Assembly (NCBI RefSeq): GCF_009914755.1
Contig: NC_060928.1
Source: the human T2T-CHM13v2.0 reference genome, Homo sapiens
Reading direction: 5' to 3' (one strand)
DNA length: 64,000 nt
Each line of letters begins with the position of its first letter. Positions within the stretch are counted from its first letter, which is position 1. Positions 14,982 to 30,254 of this stretch are shown here, piece after piece. The notes beneath the pieces were generated by a model. That model was not told where the DNA came from. It saw only the letters and a list, made by a program, of their open reading frames with translations, and searched no databases. A program made the position numbers and the translations under genes.

Positions 14982-15769
14982 TTAGGTATCATGCTAAGAA
15001 TTATAAATATAATATACAATGACAACAAGACAGGTTTGTGCCCTTAAAAAGTTCACAGCTGAACAGAAGAAAAATACATATGAATTAAGGTCAAAATACA
15101 TGATTATATTATTTAATTATCAAATGATTTGTTTAATACCCAAACCAACAGAATAAAGTTTTAAACATTCATTCACCAAAATCATATTAAAATCAAAGTG
15201 AAAGAATTCCCAGGGTGACAATGAAAGGAAGTCCCAAGACAATAGCCAGGCAGCAGGCCTAGACAGCAGTGAGTTCATACTGGGTCAGGAAGAATGGGGC
15301 TCTAGGAAGGAAATCTCCCGGGGGGTGGGGGGAAGTTAACTAATTAGATTAACTGCTGTTTGAAAGGAGTTTTATAATTCTGGTGGAGTGCTGGAGGAAG
15401 GTAACTAATTCAAGGGAGTGGGTACAATTCTGGAAAAAAAGAAGAGATTCAACCTAATGTCACAAGTTTTTTGAACACTTGATCTAAAGCACAATTTGCT
15501 TTTATTAATCTTACTGATACCCTTATACTTATCGAATTACCATTACTTTTGTACTCTAGTAAATAACAATGTACTAATTCTATTTAAATATTCTTTATTT
15601 CTTCACTGTCAAAAATAATTGAATTATGGATCATCTAGATTGTTACAGTTTCAGTTGAAAGAGAATGCAATCAATATTCTGGAATCACAGCATTTTCCCA
15701 TGTTGACGAGATAACCTTACCTATGTTTCTCCAAGATGGATGTCCCAAAAGGAAATGTGACCAAAACCT

Positions 15770-16230
15770 TGTATTGGCTCATTAACACCCATTTAATCCC
15801 CCTCTAATAATCCTTCCTTTACTGCAGAGGCTAGAAAGCTAAACTTGTACTTCCCAGGATCCCATTTAACAAAAAGCTTGAGGATATAATTTAAACCCTG
15901 CCAAGTGATACACTCATGTGAGTCTCTTTGGGAACTGGGATATGTAAAGAGGAGGAGGAAGACAGGGAGAAATGAATCTATTTTACTGGTGAGGACCGTA
16001 GCAGATGCAGCATGATTCTGAAGCATACCCACATGTGGTGACTTCCTTGTCTGGTGGCTGTTTTATTTTGGCCAAGGTAGCAGTTTCCTCTTTGTCGTTC
16101 AGACTAGAATTCATTTCTTCAGCCCTACTATAAATTCTCTGAGCTATCTATATTCCTTTCGAGGTCCCTTTGGGTTTAACTAGCTACAGTGGAATCTATT
16201 ATCAGTACCTAAGAATCTAGATTAATGTAG
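15770..16230 (+). mobile_element. LTR33-like ERVL LTR, degenerate
   Basis: tgcagaggctagaaagctaaac...cttcccaggatccc motif; ends aagaatctagattaatgta. Confidence 0.5.
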
Positions 16231-16464
16231 ACTATGAAAATAATTTTCTAAGAAATCCTTGAAGATACTCAGAAGGTAATTAGTAAATGCACTAACATTA
16301 GGATTATGAGATATGTTGTTTATCCCTCTTCAATTCAAAGTGCTGCCACCTGTGGGTTTTCTTTCCAAGTGTGTAGATTAATGAAATAAACTTATTCAAT
16401 GTTGTATTACTATGTTTTTAGATGCATAAAAAATTTCAAAGCTCCAAGTGATTACAATAGATTA

Positions 16465-16638
<174 letters not shown>

Positions 16639-16815
16639 TCATAGTGAGATCATAACATCAACAGCATATTAGCAAAAAATTCTTCCTATTCTTCATAATA
16701 TATTGACAGAATTCATATTCCACCCACAAAGTATAATGTTTACTAAAATTCCCAATAGTGTGTTTTTTTAAAAACAAGAATTTATTTTTAATGCACTTTA
16801 AAGCAAAGATACTCA

Positions 16816-16968
<153 letters not shown>

Positions 16969-17389
16969 TTAACAGCAAACATATTCTCTGTCAACAACTA
17001 AAAGCCAATCTTTTTTGTATTCAGTCTAAAATAGGTTTAAATACCAGGTACATATTTGGTATAGGGTAAATATATGGCTCAAAAGTAACCATAAATTTGG
17101 AAATTGAGCCCTTTCTTACACTTTCAAAATGCTAAAATTTTATTTACTAAATTTTACTTATTAAATAAAATTATACTAGTATTTCTAAGAATTCTAAAAT
17201 TATACAAACAAACTTACTTGATGATGAACAGTTCACACTCCAATACTGACATAATGACTGAAAAAGGATCACTCATTTTTGGCAGAATTCATTTGTAGCC
17301 CATATATAGTTAAAATTCAGAACACCAAATGGTATTACAGTCATTTGCATTTACGAAATAATGCAAAATATTATGAAGTGTATATCCTT

Positions 17390-17600
17390 ACGAGTGAATA
17401 GGGAGTTAAGAGCGTGGACTCTAAAACTGGGAAAAACAGGGACTAAATCCAAGCTCCATCCTTGGGCATTGTTATATGATTCTGAGTCACAATTTCCTCA
17501 TCTCTAAAATGCAGAACATATGGTACCTACCTCAGAGGTAAAGTTAATATCTGTAAAGCACTTGGAACAGTACCTGGCATGTATTAAACGTTCATTGACT
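17390..17600. mobile_element. MIR
   Basis: gttaagagcgtggactct...tttcctcatctctaaaatg...tgtaaagcacttggaacagtacctggca. Confidence 0.7.
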
Positions 17601-18159
17601 ATTAAGTGTTATAATTTTTATTTAGAATAAGGACATTATTTAAATTATTATTATTTAGAATCAGTTATTCCATTTCAATTACAATTTGATCAGCAAACTT
17701 TTTCTTCATTCTAGCTGTTATAAAAAATAAAGTTCTCAAATGACCAATAATTTTGAAATGTAGCTAATAATCTCCTTTTTTTTTTTTTACGGAGAAACTC
17801 TTTATACATCCGTTGATTAGTTTTAGGATGTACTGATTGTTGTGAATTTACATTTTAGATTTTTGCACATCTATTTGGATAAAGATTTGATATAATTAAA
17901 AATGGAGGATCAGTTACTGTGCTCATTAGACTCGCAGTATCAATCCCTGTCTCCACTGCCAGATCCATAATGATCCCAAATTTCAAATATACTCCCCCAG
18001 CAATTTCCAATTATGTTTGTTAGTAATGTAACTAAAGTAACATATAATGTATACTACAAATATAACAACCAAGCATTTTGTAGTAATGTCTTTGAGAAAA
18101 CATAATTTTCTTTTCTATCATTTAAATATAAGATATCAGATGTCAAAATAGTTCAGCCA

Positions 18160-18515
18160 GGAGTTAGGGAGGTAGAGAGAAACGAATAGGCAAAGCATGA
18201 AGGATTTTTAGGGCAGTGAAAATACTCTGCATGATACTATAATGGTAGATACATGTCATTATACATTTGTCCAAACCCATAGAATGTACAACACACCAAG
18301 AGTAAACTCTAATGTAAGCTGTGGGCTTTGTGTGATAAAGATGTGTCAATGTATGTTTACCAGTTTTAACAAATGTATCACTCTGAAGGGGGATGCTGAT
18401 TACGGGGGAAGCTAGGTATGAGTGTGGGTAGGGAAATTTACCCACAGGAAATCTCGGTACCCTCCTCTCAATTTTACTGTGAACCTAAAACTGCTCTAAA
18501 AAAAATAAAGTCTTA
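18160..18515 (+). mobile_element. L1MC-type 3' end
   Basis: ggatttttagggcagtgaaaatactctg...atacatgtcattatacatttgtccaaacccatagaatgtacaaca. Confidence 0.75.
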
Positions 18516-19229
18516 AATAAGTCCCATTAGTTTTTAGGTACACATGAAATAACACTTTCATATTGTTAAATTGTATTTTCAAAATATTATTAAAAATTAT
18601 ACATTAAAGATATTTAAGTCCTATTCTACATAAAAACTGTTCTCATATGAATGATTAAATATAAAAGTATTTGGATTATCTTAAGTGATGAGGTATCTGG
18701 CATGAAAAAACTTGATTTTCAAACAAAGCTGGCATTCACGCAATGACCAAAAAGGCAAGGTGAGAAGTGACAAAAATCAATTATTATTTTTTCAGCTGCT
18801 ACAATGCTGCTATATGTCTGAATAATAAAATCATCCTAAATTTATCTGAGCTTTAAACAAAGATATTCAATCTAATTTGAACAATTACACAAATAAAAAT
18901 CTAATGAACTTAATATAAAACAAAATTTTGGTATGTCAGTCAAATATAGTCTTTGGCAACAATCATTTTAATGTTTCTTCTCTTTTTTTCTACTGTGAAC
19001 TAAAAAAATGATTTGTTTAAAACCAAAATCAGTAAAGCCAGGCATGGTGGTGCATGCCTGTAGTCTCAGCTTGAACTCAGGAGTTGGAGTCTAGCCTGGG
19101 CTAGTCAGACCCTCTCTCTGAAAAAATTAAAACAAAAAACAAAAAACAAACCCAAATCAATAGGATAAACTTTTAAAAATTAATTTGTCAGTACTGTATT
19201 CCATTAACTTAAAGAGTAGACTTGGATTC

Positions 19230-19375
19230 TTTGTAACTCAAAGGATAAATGCTTGAGGGGATGAATACCCATTCTCCATGGTGTGCTTACTTCACAGTGC
19301 ATGCCTGTATCAAAACATCTCATGTATCCCATAAATATATACATCTACTATGTACCCACAAAAATTAAAAATAAC
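19230..19375 (+). mobile_element. L1MA 3' end fragment (preceded by an Alu monomer remnant at about 19037-19150)
   Basis: aaaggataaatgcttgaggggatg...tactatgtacccacaaaaattaaaaa. Confidence 0.7.
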
Positions 19376-19748
19376 AGCAACAACAACAACAAACTATATT
19401 CAAAATCTAAGCTACTGTCTCCTTAATTTCACTGGAAATTTTTAAAACATTTTCATTTATAACAGCTAGATAATGTATGTTAAACAGAATATTTTAAAAT
19501 TGTGACTTTTGGTGAAGAATCAGCATTCAGTGTCAGTTCTATTTCTTAAATTCATCTTCTTGGGGCCACACTGATATTAAACCTTCTGAAGAATGTTTCT
19601 GCTGTGTGCTACTCTTCTCTTAAAATACTAGAAGCAGGTTGGAATAAATACATTAGACATGCAATGCAACAATGGGAAAAGGAAAAACAAATGCCACGCT
19701 TAAAGGAAATAAAGCAGTATTTTACTTTGTAATGTCGACACAACTCAC

Positions 19749-19793
19749 CTGGAGTGTTTCTATTTGTTTTCTGATACTGTTGTTAGATGGCAT
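19749..19793 (-). CDS. FRYL: Candidate alternative 45-nt cassette exon of FRYL (MPSNNSIRKQIETLQ)
   Basis: ttgctttatttag| acceptor, consensus CAG|gtgagt donor, 45 nt stop-free in phase 0/0 between two phase-0 junctions; flanking TGCATG and TGC motifs. Confidence 0.75.
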
Positions 19794-20653
19794 CTAAATA
19801 AAGCAATGTGAGACAGCAAACATAAACATGAGATGCAGCACATGCATGTTAGATGAAAATAAGCACAAAACAAGACAGCTCTTCACCAAGGTCTCTATTT
19901 AGAAGAAATTTGAAATGTCCAAGACAGTGGCCAGAAACACTAAGAAAAAAAAAAAATCTCACGATTTGGGCATCATGTAAGATACACCTATAATATTCCA
20001 ACTGAGAGAAAACAAAGTTTTAACTACCTAATTTTTCTTAGAATTCTTCTTAAAGCACTGTATTTCAGTTCAACTTTAAATTTTTAAATGAATGTAAGTA
20101 TAGATTGTTGAAAAAAATCTCCAAATTATTTTCTATGATAACTACTCTTATTATTCACCTATCTCTCTTAATAATTCTCCAGAAACTTTAAAATCACTTT
20201 TCACACAAGCACCTAAATTGATATAGATATAGGAATGGGAGAATACCAAATTCTGTTTGGGACAAAAATTAAAGATTTAACTTTTCAGTGAAAATAACGT
20301 GACACTGTCACAAGCTATTTATGGGCATATAGAGATAAAGCTCATTTTTCATGGTCATCAACTTTAAAAACTAGTATGGTAATTTTTAAAACTGTGCAAT
20401 ATCATAAAGTGCCTTGAAATTCATCATATTTATTCTTATGACTAGAGAGTAATGCCTTTTTAATATCCTCAAATTATTGCTAACATGTTTTCTTAAAATA
20501 TTCAGTGCTTATATCCAACAACATTCCTTATACTACCTTCAGAAGTAAAATGGTGGACTAGAAGAGCAAGAGCTATGGAACTATGTGAATATGGACACAA
20601 ATCCATGCTGGCTCCCGAAACACGGGTTACTTGTTTATCTTCTTTCAGCCTCA

Positions 20654-21085
<432 letters not shown>

Positions 21086-22911
21086 TTAAATGGATCTCAA
21101 AATAGTTTAGGTAAGGCCTTTATCTTGGATCAATTTTCCCTATACATAAAATAAATAACTGTTACAACAGATAACTAGCATAGTTTTTCCTTCAAGGCTC
21201 AACTCCTTACCTCAACTATGCAGAGCAGCCACATTATCTAAGACTTAATAAATAGGAGCCAATTCATAAAATTTCTGCTGAATAGAGCCTTAATGTAAGT
21301 TAAGGGTTAATGGCCAAGACAATTATATTCCAAATACTCATGCTAAGTGGCTCTTATCTCCTTTAGCCTGGCAGATTGACATAGCCATTAATGAAAATGA
21401 ACAATATGCCAGAAATATTTAACAGGAGGTAAGGGTTCAAAGAAAACAGAGCATTTAAATGAAAGCCTTAAGACAAAAAAAAGTTAAGGTACTGCGAAGT
21501 ATTGCAAATATGTTAGGTGAAACGTATATATATAAAAATTCCAACAAGCAACAGAAAAGTATGAACTGTCATGAAACAAAGCAGCCTTCCAGAAACATTT
21601 AAATGCATATCTTAAAAATATTTTAATGAACGTATGAAAAATCATACTATCCAGAAAAATGATCAATTCTCTTTTGGTCCCTATATCTGTACAAATTACC
21701 AAAAATAAGAACAGAAATAAGTATAATGTAATTAATTAAATAAAATTTATTTCCTGGTTGCATGACATAAAGAGTTCAATCAGTTTGATTTGGTCCTGGG
21801 AATTTTCATAAATAGTCAAATAAGGCATATAAATTCTCATCCAAACATGAGTAATATCAACGTTTATCTAGAAGGAAAATAGACAAAAACATTTCTCAAA
21901 GTAGTATATATTCCGTATACCTAAGAAACTGAGGCAGTTTTGAAAATTATACATAAAATCATGAAAAAGACGTACAGGATAACATCCAGTGGATCATTCC
22001 TGAAATATGAAAGAAGATCCAGTCCTATTCCTACAATAGCACAACGAGCTGCATACCCAGAGACAAGTCACTTTCTCTATCTGCCTCGGTTCCATTATCT
22101 TCAAAGTATAAGGTTTTCAGTCTCAAGTCTAACTTAGAGGAATACCAGGAAATGGAATGTCATGTCTGCAATATTTCTATAACTTGCAAGCAAATATTCA
22201 AATAGGCTCATCTAAGTATATATCAAAAGAATATTCAAATCAAGCATTCGCATGACATGCAGCTGAAGAATATTCCCACACTGTCAGAATTGTGTTCCTA
22301 CCCAAAGAAGAAAAGAGGATCCTGCTAGCAGAGCATCCTGGGAAGAAAATGATCCTTCTATCTCTCACAGTTTTGTTTTCAGGACTAAGAGAGGCTGAAT
22401 ATGGATGTGCCAAATAGTGTTAATGACAAGTACCCTTTCATTCAAGTCAGAATCATTTCAGGAGCTTTTACATCTGTGCAGATCCAGTACCAACTTTTAG
22501 ATATGGCCGGGCATACTTAAATGTGATTTTAGTGATATTATCAAAGCTTTTTCTCATATTGTTCAGACTTAAACCAACATTACTGATTTTCTCAAAAGAC
22601 AAAATAAGTATCTAGAAGGTTTTGTGAGATTAATACTCTATAATTCTAAAAGAATTAACAAATATTCCTAGATTTAAGATAATATAAATATCACTAAAAA
22701 TGTACAATAATCTTGCATTCATTAGGACAAACTAAATTTTCAATCAAAAGTTTACTCATATCTATACATGATTCCCTATAGAAGAAATACAGTAGGTATA
22801 AGAAAAGGAATGTGGCAAAGTGTTGCTATTCAAGTATACCAATAGTAACAAAAGTTTCATTATGCACTGTTCAATTTATATGCATAAACAAAATATACCA
22901 GTCAGTATTTA

Positions 22912-23040
<129 letters not shown>

Positions 23041-23739
23041 CTATAGGAGACGGGGAAAAGACAGAATTAACATTTTTCATCGAAAAGCACTGGACTTTTA
23101 AATTTTATATTTCATTTATTCTCATAAGCAAGGAAACAAATCTTTTAAGCAGTTTTCCAATTCGTAATAAGAAATATAATCTCATAGAATAATCTAACAC
23201 AGAAAGATAAAGAGTAAATTTTCTACGAGGAAAATTCCTTGACTGATCATACCTCTCTGAGTTAGAATATGCTATTAGTTCTCCCTCAACCCATTAGCCT
23301 CTCATCCATTTTGTGGTTATGACTAGTCCCTGGGATCAGATGACAGATGGCATTAAAATGTTAGCTTTCTGTTTGTCAAATGTGTAACTTCACGATGGCT
23401 ACATTAGGTACTCTAAGCCTCACTTTCCAAACACATAAAGTAGAGGACAATAATCACAAATATCTTATAGGGTTGTGAAGCTTAAAGTAAGAAAAAAAAA
23501 AGTACAAAGTACTTAGTTCAATGCCTGGCACAATCCATGTTTAGAATTACTGTATCTCTAGTTTAGAAGGTCAAATATTTCACCAATTCTCCAAACTTTC
23601 TCCAAGCTACGTAAAAGTTATGTGAAATAGACAGGTAGAAAAAAATGCCTTCAATCTCTGACTAGAAAAGACGTAATTAGACAGAAAACAGCTGCTAAAA
23701 TCACTTTATGACAGTGATCCCCTGAGGTTACAACATATT

Positions 23740-23979
23740 TTTACTGTACCTTCTCGTGTTTAGATACACAAATATTATTCTGTTACAACTGCCCACAGTA
23801 CAGTAACATGCTGTACAGGTTTGTAGTCTGGGAGCAATAAGCTATACCATATAGCCTAGGTGTGTAGTAGGCTATACTATTTAGGTTTGTGTAAGTACAT
23901 TCAATGATGTTTGCACAATGAAATAGCCTAACGACACATTTCTTAGAACATATTTCCATCATTAAGCAATGCATGACTA
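23740..23979 (+). mobile_element. Tigger3 (MER7)-like DNA transposon 3' part
   Basis: catgctgtacaggtttgtag...atatagcctaggtgtgtagtaggctatac...gcatgactac. Confidence 0.75.
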
Positions 23980-24163
23980 CCTAGAAGGAAGTCTGAACAA
24001 CTCAACAAATGCAGAGCTAGTAAAATTAAGAACAGAACATTTAAATAGAGCCACGCAAAACATACGTATGTAAAACTTGCCCTTGTATTGCACTTCAGGG
24101 ATTTTACAATTTCAGATTTTACCATTCTCTTAAATTTCCACTGAATTCATAAATCAATTACTA

Positions 24164-24307
<144 letters not shown>

Positions 24308-25246
24308 CTAGTAAAAAGATAATGCAAACAAAGAAAATGATACAGATGTTAGATTAAACTATACAAAGAATACAAGAACTTTCTGTAAGGTTTGAAATTG
24401 GTTAATAATTCACTGAGACTCTCACTGAAGTACTACAATGTGCCAAGTGACCAAATGTTAAGTACATAAGATAAACCTAGTCCCAGCCCTGAGTGAACAA
24501 AGTGGGAATACAGGCTAAGAGGACACAGTATAACAGGTCCACTGAGAGCAAATTCTCTGTGCTCTTGGAGCACTCAAAAGGGGCCCCTATGGAAAAACTC
24601 AACAAGGAAGTAACATCTAAGCTGCATCCAACATCTCTTAACAGAAATAGTGCTAAAGCCTCCCATTTAACCTTGCTGGCCTTATCTCCCACCCTCTGAC
24701 CATGTGCATGGGGACCCAGCCTTTGGAGCTTCCTTGCTGTTCCTAGAACGCATCAAAGAATTTCTTGCCTTAGGATGTCTACGCTGGGGCCTGCTGCCCA
24801 AGAAGCTCTTCCCACAGACACAGGAAGTCTTACTGTCTCATTCCTTTAGATTTTGCTCAATTGCTACCAACTCTTTCGATGTGGTGGTCTTCCCTAATCA
24901 TACTCTTTTTAAAATTTCAACTCCCTCACCCCTTTGGCAATCCTATGCCCCCTACCCTGTTTACATTTCTTCACATTACTCTCCACAATCTGACATATTA
25001 CCTATTTTATACACTAGTTTATTTTCTATTTTCTGCACTAGCAATTAAAATCTACGGTACTAGGGAGTCTTTCCTATCATACTCATTGTTGTGTTCCCTT
25101 GTGCATAGAGGAAGACCTGACAAACAGAAAGCACTCAATAAGTAAATGAGTAAAGAAAGAGAAGCCAGCCAGAGAAAGAGGGGAGGGAGGTTACTAGAGA
25201 GGCATGAATGTTCCAGGCAGAAGGAGCTGCATGTGCAAAGGCCTAG

Positions 25247-25693
25247 TATTATGGGTTGAATCATATCCCCCCAAAATTCATGTTGAAGTCCTAACCCCAC
25301 AGACATCAGAAGGTGACTTCATTAGGAAATAGGTCATTGCAGATCACATTAATTAAGTTAGGATCGGGAAGACCCTAATCCACATGACTGGTGTCCTTTT
25401 AAAAAGGGGAAATTTGGACACAGACATCCACTCAAGGAGAATGCCATGTGACAATGAAGGCAAGATTCAGAACCATGCTTCTACAAGCCAAGAAACACAA
25501 AAGATTTTCAGTGCACACAAGAGGCTAAGCAAGGGGCATGGAGCAGGTTCCTCCTCACAGCTCTTAGAAGGAACCAACCTGCTGGCACTTTGATCTCACA
25601 CTCTAGCCTCCGTAAATATGAGACAATATACATTTCTGTTGTTAAGCTATCCAGTTTGCAGTACTTTATTACGGCTGTCCTAGCAGGCTAATA
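25247..25693 (+). mobile_element. MLT1 (MaLR) solo LTR, MLT1B-like
   Basis: tattatgggttgaat...cccccaaaattcatgttgaagtcctaaccc...ttctgttgttaagc...gcaggctaata. Confidence 0.8.
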
Positions 25694-26581
25694 AACCTGG
25701 ACACAAAAGCAAATATGGTATAAAAGAATCAGGCAACACGATGATAATGGACCATTGTCAAGTGCCTCTCTTCCTACAACCTGCTCCTTTTGACGAACTG
25801 CCTTAAAAACTAAAACCTAATCTCAGCCATCTGGGAGAAAAAAAAAGGATGATCAAACAAAGGGTGAAGTACAAATGATCATTTGGAAGGGATAAACAGT
25901 AATTCAAACAACTTACAGGAAAAGAAATCAAAGTGCATATCTAATAAAAGACTAAAACTGACATGACTTATACATGATAGCCTGTTTTCTTTTTTATAAA
26001 ATGAGCCCAATTCATATGGCTAAAAACTGGGTGGGAGGAAACGGGGGCTGTGTAACTCAAATAAACCACTTGCAAACCTTTAATTTATGAGTTTTGTGTG
26101 TCCCCATTTTTAAAAATCTTCAATGCAAAACAGGTTTTAAAAAACACGTCAATCACTCTCATTAATATTTCAAATTCTTAACTTTTAAAACAATTCTCTG
26201 TTCACCTTTTCAAAACATGCTCTAAAGGTAGGACCTGAATACTACAAACCAATTCATATAAGCCCATAGGTCACAAGTAAGTGAATTCAATGTTTAAAAA
26301 TGAAAGCCAAAACAGTTCAATTTTTCAACATGTAATACATTTCTTCATTTTTGAGATTTTAATTAGAATAAAATCTGAACAAAAAGAATGTAATTAATCT
26401 CCATTTCTAGCCAAGATGGAGCTGGATTTCCCCTACCATCTGCAACAACCAAAAAACAAAATACATGAAATGATCTCTAAAACATTGTATGATCAACAAA
26501 AGGAAGAGACCTCTGAGCAACAGGGAGCAAATGAGACGAGCCTTCCCATGGCCACAGCTTATTGTCATGTAAGTATTTTTA

Positions 26582-26815
<234 letters not shown>

Positions 26816-26892
26816 TCACATCATTTTGTGAACACTCTGCCATTTTACCAAAAAACTAAGGTCAATGCATCTTCAAGTCAAAAAACAAAGCT

Positions 26893-27205
26893 GGCTGGGT
26901 GCGGTGGCTCACACCTGTAATCCCACCACTTTGGGAGGCTGAGGCGGGCAGATCACCTGAGGTGAGGAGTTGGAGACCAGCCTGGCCAACATGGTGAAAT
27001 CCCGTCTCTACTAAAGAAAAAAAAAAAAAAAAAAAAAAAATTAGCCGGGCCTGGTGGCAGGCGCCTGTAATCCCAACTACTCGGGTGCCTGAGGCAGGAG
27101 AATCGCTTCAATCAGGAAGGTGGAGGTTGCAGTGAGCCGAGATCATGCCACTGCACTCCAGCCTGGGTGACAGAGTGAGACTCTGTCTCAAGGAAAAAAA
27201 AAAAA
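26893..27205 (+). mobile_element. AluSx-like with expanded middle A-tract
   Basis: Full dimer; about 24 A linker at 27017-27040. Confidence 0.93.
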
Positions 27206-27327
27206 TTAATTTACACTTAGAACAACTTAACACATGGAATAAGAGACTAAAAATGATGCCATTAATTTACGTGTATTTTGTTTCTTTTAAAAAGTCATGA
27301 AGAGCAAGGACTGTTAGGCTTGCTCTA

Positions 27328-27525
<198 letters not shown>

Positions 27526-29902
27526 TTAATATACGTGGAGACATCATTTGATTTGAATTAAAAACACTAATTTCCACATGATATTTAAGGGTAAAAATCA
27601 AAAGGTATGCTACCTAAATATCATCTCCTTTCTCTACCTTCATTACAATTGCCAGAAAGGCACACAGAGGAAAATAAAAATTGCTACTCTAAATTTGCTG
27701 TTCATTTCTTTTAAAATTAAATTAAAAGTTTCTGAAGGAGAAATAATAGGATTTCTTTATTCCTATAATATTATCAAGACACCACCATTACCATTTAATT
27801 AATAACCATAATAGAATAATATCAAATAACCAACCCACAAAACGCCACCATGTAAATCAGTGTCTCCAACTTTTAAGGCTCTTTTTATATAAAGTCTGCA
27901 ATTAGTTATATGGAGAGCATATTGGAGACTATAAATTTGTTCACAGAGATAAGCCAATCAATCATACAGTACTAATTATCACTTAAAATCAATACATCAT
28001 TACACTGCCAAAAGGCTTTTGAAATGTGAGCATCATCCTGGATTCAAATCACAATTGTTAAAGCTAGTAAGCTTTTCTTCACTTACATTTGAAAAGGACA
28101 TCTAATAGTTTATTAATCAATTATACTTAATTATCCCCTTCCCCCCTATATATTATGAAACAACTAAAGACTTTACTGATAATGTTACTTGGGGAAGCCA
28201 GTTCCTTAAAGTTAAAATAACCTCAAAACATGCTTTCCAGTGGTCACTGACTACAGTGAGAAGAACAAAAAAAAATTAACAAAATATGGATACATGACTG
28301 AAATATAACATCTTTTTTTATTTTAATCTTGGAGAATATGATACCATTTTTCATGACTATATTCTTTAGCACTTCATTAAGAAAATTTTTGTAAAATGGA
28401 TAAAGTCTTTCCATTGAAATATTAGAATCCAAGGATTTTTTCCTTTTGTTAAGCTACTTACAAAAATTATTAGTCACTACAAACCAAGAAAATACATACA
28501 CCAAGATTCAAATATACCTCCAGCCTTTATCTCCTTCTCTTCCCCACTCCCACTCAACCCCACCACCTGCCCCCTTAGGTGCTATCAGCCTAACTCAAAG
28601 TGGATCCTTTCACGTTTTCTCCCATGTTTATTACATGCATGAGCAGAAAACATCTTAGTATTGCTCTAAAGTGGCATTTCTCCTACAACTAGCAGGTGAG
28701 GCTGAGTACCATTTCATACATTTACTGGCTGTTTGGACTTACTATCCTTGCCATCTAGAGTTAACGTAGCCATGATGGAGTGTTCTCCTGGATCCAACTT
28801 GCTAATATATTATTTAGAATTTCTGGTCTATATTCCTGAGACAGAAACTCAGTTTTGACAAAAATAAAAATAACATAAACAAACTGTCATAAAGAGAAAT
28901 ACATCACTGCTCATATCTATGTTTTTGTGTCAATTTAATTCCATGCGAGATATTAAGATATTATTGTTGATGTCTAAATCATTTAAAATACTCAAACCAT
29001 AAGGTATTAAAAAATTATCATCTATATCTAAATCATTTAAAATACTCAAACCATGTTCTAAGTTCCATAGCATTTGCTATACAAGGGTTCCTAGTATATT
29101 AAAAATTTTAAAAATATGCTAAATAAAATATTTCACTTAATATTAAAATGCAAACTACTTAAACATTAACAATAATTGTACTTGCCTTCTTAGAATTTAG
29201 AAAGGTTGTTTGTTATATGATGATTTCAGGGCCAAAGACTCTTTCAAACACATCTAAGAAAATATAATTTGATACTTTTTTCCTTATAAATTTCCCAGTA
29301 GTAACAAAGGAAATCCAAAATCTTCCATAATTGTTACAGTAACCACAAGTTGCTAATAACAAATATATTTTGCTGTTTACTAAAGTGATGGTTCAGTGCA
29401 ACTCAATGTGTATAACTCTTAATGAATTAACAGTTTTAATTGAGTAATCTAGTATCTTTCATCTTTCCTTTTTGGTGTCTCTTACCAATTCAAACTCTGT
29501 TTAGCATTAAAACAAATATGATTAGAAAACACTGCATTGCTGAGGAATAAAAGTTCTCACTTGGAAAATAATTATTAGCTCTGTAAAGAGTTCTTTAAAA
29601 AGATTCTAACAGAATTGTTAAAAATAGGGAAAAAGATAGTGTCCTAAATATGGTTGGCAATTTCTGATTTGTTCGATTCAGACATTTATAGAAAACCCCA
29701 AATAAAATTAAAACAAGTGGTGAAATTGAGGTATGAGTGTTAAAGAGCTTCTGAGAAACAGAGCAGTAAAGTAATAAAAGGTGGAGCTGACTTAGTGCTA
29801 TGGAAAATGGTGGATTTCGAACTATCAGTATCTATTGTATTCATTGGTAATGAAGCATTCTAAAATGCAAAGAAAATCTAAATGGGTGATTTACAAAACT
29901 TA

Positions 29903-30043
<141 letters not shown>

Positions 30044-30254
30044 CTAATACATTTGAAAATTCCTTATCAGAGTATTGTATAATTTTCTCTGAATATTCAT
30101 TTATATGATAAAAGCAATACTAATTTTATTCTATCTTCAATTTTACTTTACTATATTTAACCTTCTGGTTCTTACATATCCAATCTGTAGTACTAAGAAT
30201 TATTTTCACAAAATCTTTCTTATCAGCATTTTCTGTGGATTTAAAAGAAATGGG

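Noticed and set aside
15318-15333. G-runs (also 1030-1038 and 10229-10248) as G-quadruplex candidates
   Set aside because: Too few clean G-tracts, and they are C-rich on the transcribed strand
21205-21280. Strong isolated donor GAG|gtaagg on the minus strand near 21211
   Set aside because: No convincing upstream acceptor with a pyrimidine tract
28973-29054. Repeat-spacer-repeat (28/26 nt) resembling a CRISPR unit
   Set aside because: Only two copies, no palindrome, leader or cas genes, and it is a human intron
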